From positions 192,001-256,000 of the forward strand of contig CAWJGT010000003.1 of the NCBI GenBank assembly GCA_963842525.1: a DNA stretch of 64,000 bases. Direction: 5' to 3'. The position numbers and the translations under genes were made by a program. The stretch is from an uncultured Holophagales bacterium (GTDB taxonomy: Bacteria; Acidobacteriota; Thermoanaerobaculia; Multivoradales; UBA5704). Shown piece after piece: positions 54,614 to 64,000 of the stretch (its first letter is position 1; each line of letters opens with the position of its first letter). The notes beneath the pieces were generated by a model. The model worked only from the letters and a program-made list of their open reading frames with translations, did not search any database and had not been told where the DNA came from.

Positions 54614-55612
54614 CTAAGACGGCGGCCGGGAGCCGGGCGGGGCGACGGCGAGGATCTTCTCGATCTTCTTCGGGTCATCCGGCAGCAGGCCCGAGGCGGG
54701 AAGGCGGGGGACCAGCCGGGCCCAGCGCTCCTCGCGGGCGAAGACGTCGCGGAAGATGGCAAGGGCCTTGTCCTCCTGACCGGCCACAAAGAGCGCTACC
54801 GCCTGCCAGAAGGGGAGCTCGGCGATCTCCGGGGCGAGCTCGCTGGCTTTCGTATAGTGCCGCAGCGCCGCCGGGAAGTCGTTTTTCGCCACCGCCTCAT
54901 CCCCCTGGTTCATCTCCTCGTAGGCGCGGTGCAGCGCAAGCAGCCGCCGCAGCTCCACCAGCGGCTGCGGGTTGTCGTCCACCCGCAGGTCGACCAGCTT
55001 GTCGCGCCACGGCTCGCCGGTCGGCTGGGCGCGGACGATGAGCAGCGCCGCGCTCTGCCGGCCGCGGATGTCGCCGCCCTCGGCCTCGGCGGCGTCCAGC
55101 GCCGCCAGCATGCGGTCGGCGAGGTCCCCCTTGGCGCTCTCGAAGGCGCGGGCCATGGCCGGCCAGACGGTCGGCTTGTCCATCAGGTTCGCCTGCACCG
55201 AGTACGCGGCCCCGGTCTGGTGCCCGGCGGCGTGGATGCACTTGGGGCCGGTCCAGGCCGCGACCCGCCCCTGGCGGTCCACCATGGCGACCTGCCGCAC
55301 GTCCTTCTCGGGGTCTTTGGCGAGCAGGGCGTCCAGCGCCTCCTGCGCCGATTTCCCCTCTTTCATCAGCTTCAGGCCGAGCGGCCCGTAGTCGATGCGG
55401 ACGAACGACTGCGTGGCGACCGCCCCCACGCCCGCCTCGGCCCACGGCACGGTCGGCCCGACCTGGAACCAGTGGCTCTGCACCGCGACGCCGAAGTCGC
55501 CCGTCGCCGGGTCGCGGGCCACGATCGAGTAGGTGTGCGCCAGGGGATCACGCGCCAGCAGGGGGAGCGGCAGGAAGGCGGCGGCCAGACAGAGGACGGT
55601 GAGACGCGTCAT
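54614..55612 (-). CDS. DUF1028 (Ntn-hydrolase-like) secreted protein with a C-terminal TPR
   Basis: Signal peptide then TYSIVARDPATGDFGVAVQS, GAVATQS, GGDIRGRQSAAL and DLRVDD. Confidence 0.88.
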   Translation of the reverse strand: MTRLTVLCLAAAFLPLPLLARDPLAHTYSIVARDPATGDFGVAVQSHWFQVGPTVPWAEAGVGAVATQSFVRIDYGPLGLKLMKEGKSAQEALDALLAKDPEKDVRQVAMVDRQGRVAAWTGPKCIHAAGHQTGAAYSVQANLMDKPTVWPAMARAFESAKGDLADRMLAALDAAEAEGGDIRGRQSAALLIVRAQPTGEPWRDKLVDLRVDDNPQPLVELRRLLALHRAYEEMNQGDEAVAKNDFPAALRHYTKASELAPEIAELPFWQAVALFVAGQEDKALAIFRDVFAREERWARLVPRLPASGLLPDDPKKIEKILAVAPPGSRPPS

Positions 55613-55767
55613 CGGGACCTCCTGTTGGACTGCCGGGGAGCGTCGCAGAAAACCCGCCCCGAGGCAATGTACGCAAAAAGCCCTTCCCTCAGCCTCCCGG
55701 GTGACATATCATGCTTGGACTCCGGAACAAGTTGTTGACGGTTCCGTCAAGAAACGCCAACGTACCC

Positions 55768-57506
55768 ATGCAGAGTCTTGCCGACAGAGCGCTCTTTCCG
55801 GCGGTCCGGACGGGCGCGAGCAGGACGCTCCGGGGAGGAGCCTTCCTGGTGCCTCTCGCGCTGGGCGGGGCCTGCACGGCCGCGACGCTGCTGCTCTGGC
55901 GGGAGCTGGGCGCGGAACGGACCGCCTCGGGGCTGAGCTCGCCGTTCCCGGAGTCGGTGCTGGTCTCGGGGCTCCTCGTCTCCTGGCTGCTGGCCCTCTC
56001 GGTCTGGCTGCTGCAGCTCGCCCGTGCCCAGACCCGGGCCGAAGAGGTGGCCCGGCGGGAGCTCGAAGCGCAGATCGCCGAGCGCACCCAGGCCGAGAAG
56101 CGCTACCGGACGCTCTTCGAGCGCAACCCGGCCGGGATGTACCGCAGCACGGTCGAGGGACGGATGCTCGACTGCAACGACGCCTTCGTGCGCATGTTCG
56201 GCTACCCGGACCGCGAGACCCTCCTCGGCCTGCCCGTCTCGGCGCTCTACCATGACCCGGCGGACCGCGCCCGTCTTCTCGACCACTTTTTCCAGGGGGA
56301 GTCGCCGCAGAACGTCGAGGTGCAGCTCCGGCGTTACGACGGCGAGCCGTTCTGGGGGCTGCTGTGCGGTCCGGGCGGCGCGGTCCGGCCGTACCAGGAC
56401 CTCGACGGCGTCGCCGTGATCGAGGGGGCGATCCTCGACATCACCGACCGGAAACGGGCGGAGGAGGCGCTGCGCGAGCGTGAGCACGACCTCGTCCTGC
56501 TCGGCGAGCTCGGGGGGCTGCTCCAGACCTGCGACTCGGTCCAGGAGTCCTACGTCGTCATGTCGCGCCAGGGGAGGAAGCTCTTCCCCCACCTGCACGG
56601 GGCCGTCTACCTGATCAGCCCGTCGCGGACCGATCTCGACCTGGTGGCCTCCTGGGGGGATGCACCGTCCCTGCCCGGCGAAGGCCTCTTCCGTCCGGAG
56701 GACTGCTGGGGCCTCCGCCTGGGGCGGGAACACCTGGTGAGCGATCCGTCGCGGGACCTGGTCTGCCGCCACCTCGGGGCCACGCCGCCTGTCTCCTCCC
56801 TGTGCCTGCCGCTGGTCGCCCTCGGCGAGACCCTGGGCGTGCTCGTGCTGCGGACCGGGGAGCGGCCCGGCGCCGCCGAGGGCCTCGGCCGCGCGCGCTG
56901 CCAGCTCGCCGCCGCGGTGTCCGAGCAGCTCGCCATGGCCGTCGCCAACCTGCGGCTGCGCGAGACCCTGCGCCACCAGTCGATCCGCGACGCCCTGACA
57001 GGGCTGTACAACCGGCGCTTCTTCCAGGACTCCCTCGATCGGGAGCTCCGGCGGGTGCGGCGGCGGGGGGCCACCCTCGGGCTCCTGATGATCGACGTCG
57101 ACGACTTCAAGGTCTACAACGACACCTACGGCCACGAGGCCGGCGACCTCCTCCTGCGCCTGCTGGGCGATCTGCTGCGGCGGCGGGTGCGCAGCGAGGA
57201 CATCGCCTGCCGCTACGGCGGCGAGGAGTTTGCCCTGATCCTGCCCGAGGCTTCGCTGGAGACCACCCGGATGCGGGCCGAGGAGCTGCGCGAGGAGGTC
57301 AAGCGGCTCCGTCCCGTCTACCAGGACGGCCCGCTGGGCGGCATCACCGTGTCGATCGGGGTGTCCGCCTACCCGGAGCACGGGCCCCTGGGCGACGACA
57401 TCGTGCGCGCGGCCGATACGGCGCTCTACCACTCCAAGGCCTATGGCAGGGACTGCGTCTCGCTGGCAACCGTCTCCCCGCCCGACCGCCGCCTCATGAT
57501 CCCCGA

Positions 57507-57510
<4 letters not shown>
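55768..57510 (+). CDS. Membrane PAS-GAF-GGDEF diguanylate cyclase
   Basis: Two TMs, a PAS domain, a GAF domain (CWGLRLG), DALTGLYNRR, I-site RSED and YGGEEF. Confidence 0.92.
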
Positions 57511-58994
<1,484 letters not shown>

Positions 58995-59028
58995 GATCTC
59001 AATCCGGTATGATTTCTGGCGGAGCTCC

Positions 59029-59634
59029 ATGTTCCTCCAGGACATAAGAAACGGCCGCGGCGACACCCCCAAGCTCGACGAGGAGCTCCAGCGCCTCTTC
59101 GACCGGTACTTCCGTTCCATCGTCCATTTCTTCCTGAACCGGGGTCTCGCGCGGGAAGAGGCGCTCGATCTCACCCAGGAGACGTTTCTTCGGGTCTATA
59201 GAAGCCTGCAGGGGTTCCGCGGGGAGGCCGGCGTCCAGACCTGGCTCTTCCGGATCGCGACGAACCTCTGGAACAATGAGGTGCGCCGGCGGAAGGCCGA
59301 GAAGCGGGAGGGATGGGAGGTCTCGCTCGAAGGTGTGGTCGAGGGAGGGCATCCCGTCCGGGCGGACCGCCACTTCGACGGCTGGTCGGAGCCTGCCGGT
59401 CCGCTCGATTCGATGCTGGACGACGAGCGGCGGCAGATGTTGCGCGAGTCCCTGGACGAGCTTCCCCCGCAGATGCGGCGCTGCGTCCTGCTGCGCATCG
59501 ACCAGAACCTGAAGTACCGCGAGATCGCCGGCGTGATGCAGGTCTCGATCGAGACGGTGAAGTCCCAGCTCTCCCAGGCCCGGGACCGGCTGGAGCGGAA
59601 GCTGGGCAGTTATTTCGATCCTGTGGACGTCTGA
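59029..59634 (+). CDS. ECF sigma-70 factor
   Basis: ALDLTQETFLRVY, TWLFRIATN and LKYREIAGVMQVSIETVKSQL. Confidence 0.92.
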   Translation: MFLQDIRNGRGDTPKLDEELQRLFDRYFRSIVHFFLNRGLAREEALDLTQETFLRVYRSLQGFRGEAGVQTWLFRIATNLWNNEVRRRKAEKREGWEVSLEGVVEGGHPVRADRHFDGWSEPAGPLDSMLDDERRQMLRESLDELPPQMRRCVLLRIDQNLKYREIAGVMQVSIETVKSQLSQARDRLERKLGSYFDPVDV

Positions 59635-59649
59635 AGTGACCGAGGTGTT

Positions 59650-60417
59650 GTGGTGGACAACGAGAAGGACCTGAAGATCGGCGTCCGCGCCCTGGCGGCG
59701 GAGGCGCGGCGCAGCCTGGAGCACCCTCTCCCTGAGGAGCTGCTCGACTACCAGGCGGGCGACCTGCGGGAGGCGGAGAGGGAGCGCATCCAGGAGCACC
59801 TGGCCCTCTGCCCGGGCTGCGTGCGGGCGCTGCTGGATCTCGAAGCCTTTCCCGATGTCGAGCCCGTCCGGCCCGAGGACCGGCTTACCGACGCCGAGCT
59901 GTCCCACGAGTGGCAGCGGTTCCGGCAGGCCGTGGCGCCGCTTCCCGCCGCGGAGAGGCCCCGCGTCTCGCATCCCGTTCTCGCTCTCGCGGCGGTCCTG
60001 CTGCTCGCGGTCGTGGGCCTCTCCTTCTGGGTCCTGCGATTGCGGGGCGAGGTGCGCGATCTGTCCGCCCCTCAGGCCGGCATCCTGGTCGCCGATCTGG
60101 TTCCGCGGGATGAGGCGGTCGAGCGGGCAGAGGGCGATGGAGAGGTGGTCCGCGTGCCGGGTTGGGCGGACCGCGTCGTCCTGATCCTCAACCTGGCCGA
60201 TCCCGTGACCCATCCCGCGTACCGGGTGGAGATCGCGCAGGACGGCCGGGAGGTCTGGCGCCGCGCGGGGATCCGGCGTAGCGCGGACGGCACCTTCGCT
60301 CTGGAGGTTCCACGGCGGCTCCTGCCCGCGGGCCGGTACCGCATCCGGCTCTTCGGGATCGAGGGCGGCGCCGAGCTGCCGGTGGCGGAGTACCGGGTCC
60401 GGATCGAGCCCGTGTAG
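59650..60417 (+). CDS. zf-HC2 anti-sigma factor
   Basis: EHLALCPGC, TM LAAVLLLAVVGLSFWVL, and a C-terminal domain similar to that of 746..1573. Confidence 0.85.
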   Translation: MVDNEKDLKIGVRALAAEARRSLEHPLPEELLDYQAGDLREAERERIQEHLALCPGCVRALLDLEAFPDVEPVRPEDRLTDAELSHEWQRFRQAVAPLPAAERPRVSHPVLALAAVLLLAVVGLSFWVLRLRGEVRDLSAPQAGILVADLVPRDEAVERAEGDGEVVRVPGWADRVVLILNLADPVTHPAYRVEIAQDGREVWRRAGIRRSADGTFALEVPRRLLPAGRYRIRLFGIEGGAELPVAEYRVRIEPV

Positions 60418-60429
60418 CGTACCCACACC

Positions 60430-60716
60430 TGTTTCTGCCTGTTCCTGGCCACCTTCTGAGCCGGCTGCGCCGATTTCTGAGCTTCCTGCACCGCGGCGCA
60501 GCCGACCTGCGCCATGGCGTGCGCTGGCCCGCCGAGGTGCAGGCGGACTACGCCGAGGCAGGGCCCACCTGCACCGTGGCGCAGGCCGATCCCACCGTGG
60601 CGTAGGCCGACCCCACCATGGCGCAGGTCACCTGCGCCGCGGCGCGGGTGCTCCCGCCACGGTGGGGCCCACCTACGCCACGACGGAGTCGACCCCCACC
60701 GTGGCGCAGGTGGCCC
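60430..60716. repeat. Degenerate 21-bp tandem repeats
   Basis: ccgatcccaccgtggcgtagg / ccgaccccaccatggcgcagg / tcgaccccaccgtggcgcagg and related units. Confidence 0.6.
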
Positions 60717-60858
60717 CCGTTTCGGCGCAGAACGTCCACAAAACAGCCAGGAAGCCCCCAGAATCGGCCGGCGCAGCCCCCGAACCGGTGCAGCTCGAAG
60801 ACTTTACGGCGCAGAAAGCCCCTGAGCTCGCCCGGCTGGCCGCCGACCCGGTGCAGCC

Positions 60859-61392
60859 CTATCCGCCCGACTCTGTGGACACCTCCGAATACATGGCGTC
60901 CAGTCCCACCCCGGCCAGCTCCAGCGCTACCCCGCCCGCCGCGGCCAACAGCAGCTTCAGCGACTCCGGCGACCGCGCCAGGCAGAGCGCCAGGTGCAGA
61001 CCAGGCGGAATGTCGTCGTTGAACAGCTCCAGGTGCGCCACGACCCCACACCAGTCGCCCCGGCTCTCGATGGCATAGCCGAGGAGGTCCGGCTCGGACC
61101 GCAGCCGGAAGGCCCGGTCGCGGCCCGTGGCCGGCAGGATCGCCGCCATGAGCCGCGCCAGCCACAGCGTCTTGCGCACCGCCACCGGCCGAAAGCCGCG
61201 AGTATAGCTCTCACCCGGCCGGAACAGCCCGTACCCGTGCTCCAGATGCTCTTCGATGTGCCACGGACCGGCCACCTCGGCTTCGGCTGCGAACGGCGGC
61301 TCGTCCTGCTCGCCAACTTTCTCAAGAAAGGAAGGATGAAACGCGTTGCGGGGGGAGGGAACCTCTTTGCTACTATCGGTGTAGCCACGCAT
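60859..61392 (-). CDS. Hypothetical protein, 177 aa
   Basis: ATG start and a globular-looking sequence (AEAEVAGPWHIE...LARSPESLKLLLAAAGGVALELAG). Confidence 0.6.
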   Translation of the reverse strand: MRGYTDSSKEVPSPRNAFHPSFLEKVGEQDEPPFAAEAEVAGPWHIEEHLEHGYGLFRPGESYTRGFRPVAVRKTLWLARLMAAILPATGRDRAFRLRSEPDLLGYAIESRGDWCGVVAHLELFNDDIPPGLHLALCLARSPESLKLLLAAAGGVALELAGVGLDAMYSEVSTESGG

Positions 61393-61803
61393 GGGACTAG
61401 CTCGCCTTTGCGTTGGTCAGGCTCGGGGTGAGGGGCCAACCTCGCTCGGGCCGTCTGTTTGGGATTTTCCTCGAAACGGACAGCGACAACGGGGGTTGCC
61501 GGTTTCGTTCGTCTGGGAGAAGCACCTCCTTTCCGGGAACGTTCCTGCCGAATTACCGCCAGTCTACCGCATCGGTTGCGCTTGTCAATACCCCGGGAAG
61601 GCCTTGCTGGTAGCGCCGGGCGATCCATTTCATGCCGACCGCCATCTGTGCCACCTCTTGCGCGCGCCCGACGGCGACGTGGAACGTCGACCTGAGCACG
61701 CGGCGAGCCGCGCCTGGGCCTCGTCGGCCCGTCTTCGTTCGGCGGCGAGCTCCCGCTCGGCCTACTGCCGGACGACGAGGATGGCCCTGGCGTTCTGAAG
61801 CGC

Positions 61804-61940
61804 GCGCGGACGGCACCTTTGCCCTGGAAATCCCGCGGCAGCTCCTGCCTGCGGGGAGCTACCGGATCCGCCTCTCCTGCCTGCGGGGAGGTGCCGAAGT
61901 GCCGGTGGCGAAGTACGCGGTCCGGATCGAGCCCGAGTAG
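61804..61940 (+). repeat. Diverged duplicate of the last 137 bp of the anti-sigma gene (60281-60417)
   Basis: ADGTFALEIPRQLLPAGSYRIRLSCLRGGAEVPVAKYAVRIEPE* versus ADGTFALEVPRRLLPAGRYRIRLFGIEGGAELPVAEYRVRIEPV*. The two copies are the same length. Confidence 0.85.
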
Positions 61941-61985
61941 AGCAGGACTCCGTCAAAGTCGGTGGATGTCCGCTGCTCCTATGCC

Positions 61986-62717
61986 TCAGCCGCCGGAGCG
62001 CCCTTCGAGCTCGCGCCGGAGCCGCTGCAACTCCTCTTCAAGGGCGCGCCGGGCCGTGGCCTCTCCGGCGGCTCGTGCTTCCGCGGCCTGAGCCTGCGAT
62101 TCCGCAGCTTGGCGCGCCTCGGCTTCTGCGGCTCGGGCCGCTTCGAGCTCATCGTCCCACAGGAGGGGCTCGCCCGTGGCGGTGTCGACCAGCCGCAGAC
62201 GATTGCCCTCGGGCCGCAGCGTCAGGCCCGTCGTCCGGCTGAGCAGCGAGCCGTCGAGATGCCGCGGGATCGGCTGATAGAGCCCGTTCTTGAGGCAAAG
62301 GCCTTGCAGCCGGGGCCGCAGGTATTCCTCATAGGGATCGAAAAGAAAGTACTCTTCAACCCCGATCTCCTGGTAGATCCTCTTCTTCTTGGTCTGGTCC
62401 TTCGACGCGGTCTTGCGGGACGTGACCTCGATCACCAGGCTCGGGGGACACTCTTCCCAGAGCAGGTAGTTCGGCCGTGGCCATTTCTCCACTCCCTTGG
62501 CCAGCAGCACGTCCGGGGCAATGGCCGCCTTCGGGTCGCCCTGTCGATAGCAGAGGAACAGATTGCCTCCCACCCACACGTCCGGCACGGTGGCATACCG
62601 GCGCTTCAGCGCGCCAATGCTGTCCGTCATCACCTCGCGGTGCAGCGTGGTCTCGGCCATGGGCTGGCCGTCGGAGGTGGGATACTCGATCGCCTTCTCG
62701 AGTGGAATCGCGGCCAT
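61986..62717 (-). CDS. Uma2 (DUF820) family endonuclease
   Basis: YPTSDGQPMAET, APDVLL, PSLVIEVTS, GVEEYFLFDP and a coiled-coil tail. Confidence 0.92.
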   Translation of the reverse strand: MAAIPLEKAIEYPTSDGQPMAETTLHREVMTDSIGALKRRYATVPDVWVGGNLFLCYRQGDPKAAIAPDVLLAKGVEKWPRPNYLLWEECPPSLVIEVTSRKTASKDQTKKKRIYQEIGVEEYFLFDPYEEYLRPRLQGLCLKNGLYQPIPRHLDGSLLSRTTGLTLRPEGNRLRLVDTATGEPLLWDDELEAARAAEAEARQAAESQAQAAEARAAGEATARRALEEELQRLRRELEGRSGG

Positions 62718-62939
62718 GGGTGCCTTCCTTTCCCCGACGGGTTGCAGCATCAGAGCACAACACCCTCCGGGGCGCAACGTCTCGCTGTTTCAGGGTAGCA
62801 CGGCAGGGCGTGGAAATGAACCCTCACTAATGGGGGTGAAACACCCTCTTGGGAAGCCTCCAAGAACCCCATGTGCGCGTCCGGCCGCCCCTGGCGGTGG
62901 GCCGTCCGGCTTGTTACGATGGGCTGAACAGGTGCCCAG

Positions 62940-64000
62940 ATGAGCCGGCCCTCGCCTTCACTGGCTGCCGCCTTGACGGTGCTCGCCGTCCTGTCCGTCC
63001 TCCTTGCGGTGGCGGTCCCGCAACCCCGTACGAGCCGGGGCGGTGCGGTCCACTCCTACGGCATCCTCCTGCGTGCCGGAGAGTTCCTCCACGTCGCCGT
63101 CGACCAGCTCGGGGTCGACCTGACCGCCTCTCTCGTCGATCCGGCGGGACGGGAGATCCTCACCGTGGACAGCCCGACCGGCGACCGGGGACCGGAGTCG
63201 CTCGTTGTGATCGCCCGCCGGCCGGGGACCCACGTCCTCGAAGTCCGTGCCCTGGAGGCCGGGGATGCAGGACGCTACGCCGTGCGGATCGTGGCGCGGC
63301 GTCCTGCCACTGGCCTGGACCGGAGCCGGGCGGAGGCGGCGAGGCTCTACGGGATCGGCGAGCGCAGGCGCATCGCGGGGGGCACCGCATCTCTGCGGTC
63401 AGCACGCGATGCCTACGAGGCGGCGCTCGGTAGATGGCGCCGTCTCGGAGACCTTGCCCAGGAGACCGTGGCGCTGCGGCGGATTGCCGAGGCCGATTTC
63501 GTGCTGGGGGACCTGCGAGCCGCCCGGGATCACCGGCAGCAGGCCCTCGGCCTCTGCCGCCGTCTGGGCGACGCGCGCCAGGAGGCCGCAGTCCTCCTCG
63601 ATCTGGGGGTCGCCCAGCGCCTGCTCGGGGACCTGCGCTCGGCGGAGGCCTCCTACGAGCTGGCCCTCCACATCGCCCGCGAGCTCGGCGACCGCTCGAC
63701 CGAGGCCTGGGCCTTCAACAACCTCGGGAAGCTCTACGACAACGGGTCGGAGCCCCAGAAGGCGCTGGACGCTTATGAGAGGGCCCTGGCGCTCTGGCGG
63801 GACCTGGGCGACCGCTCCCGCGAGGCTACGGCCTTGCACAACCTCGCAACGGTCTACAGCCTGATGGGGCGCCTGCCCGAGGCGCTCGACCTCCTCGGGC
63901 AGGAGCTGTCGCTGCGGCGGGCTGTGCAGGACTCGCGGGGCGAGGCCGCCACGTTGATGTCCATCGGCTGGGTCCACACCCTGGCAGGCGATCCGCAGCG
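62940..64000 (+). CDS. Signal-peptide TPR protein, probably TPR-CHAT (partial, runs off the window)
   Basis: Open frame from ATG 62940: MSRPSPSLAAALTVLAVL...VAVDQLGVDL...VDSPTGDRGPESL...EAWAFNNLG. The N-terminal architecture matches 2791..6123. Confidence 0.82.
   Translation, partial: MSRPSPSLAAALTVLAVLSVLLAVAVPQPRTSRGGAVHSYGILLRAGEFLHVAVDQLGVDLTASLVDPAGREILTVDSPTGDRGPESLVVIARRPGTHVLEVRALEAGDAGRYAVRIVARRPATGLDRSRAEAARLYGIGERRRIAGGTASLRSARDAYEAALGRWRRLGDLAQETVALRRIAEADFVLGDLRAARDHRQQALGLCRRLGDARQEAAVLLDLGVAQRLLGDLRSAEASYELALHIARELGDRSTEAWAFNNLGKLYDNGSEPQKALDAYERALALWRDLGDRSREATALHNLATVYSLMGRLPEALDLLGQELSLRRAVQDSRGEAATLMSIGWVHTLAGDPQ

Overview
High-GC (~70%) bacterial DNA. The gene content points to Acidobacteriota, probably Thermoanaerobaculia-like: Acidobacterial VWA proteins, Ser/Thr kinase-TolB receptors, ECF/zf-HC2/CHAT modules and an IPTL-CTERM protein. 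About eight single-base frameshifts in otherwise intact genes suggest uncorrected long-read indels. The stand-out region is 39956-54606, where a cassette of [membrane Ser/Thr receptor kinase with a TolB-like beta-propeller + small Cys/Ser/Thr-containing peptide gene] is repeated three times. It is followed by a stand-alone HopA1/LanY-like phospho-lyase and an RRE-like/kinase/LanC cyclase fusion with a CCG zinc motif. The three peptides share an N-terminal MxFxx[KR]DLxxx[LV] motif and a C-terminal LxxL[KR]xxLxxA[LV] helix around unrelated cores; one core is 7x FCGTASAG. This looks like a split-synthetase lanthipeptide-like RiPP system, possibly with cognate peptide-receptor pairs (inference). 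The rest of the window holds two ECF/anti-sigma/TPR-CHAT modules, a RAYT-type transposase with inverted REP-like flanks, an ACP-FAAL-acyltransferase plus WS/DGAT lipid locus, a sulfatase, M36 and M12-like proteases, a TolC/HlyD/ABC exporter, a DUF1028 protein, a diguanylate cyclase, an SLC13 transporter, a Uma2 nuclease, and a dispersed palindromic repeat that sits in frame inside several genes.
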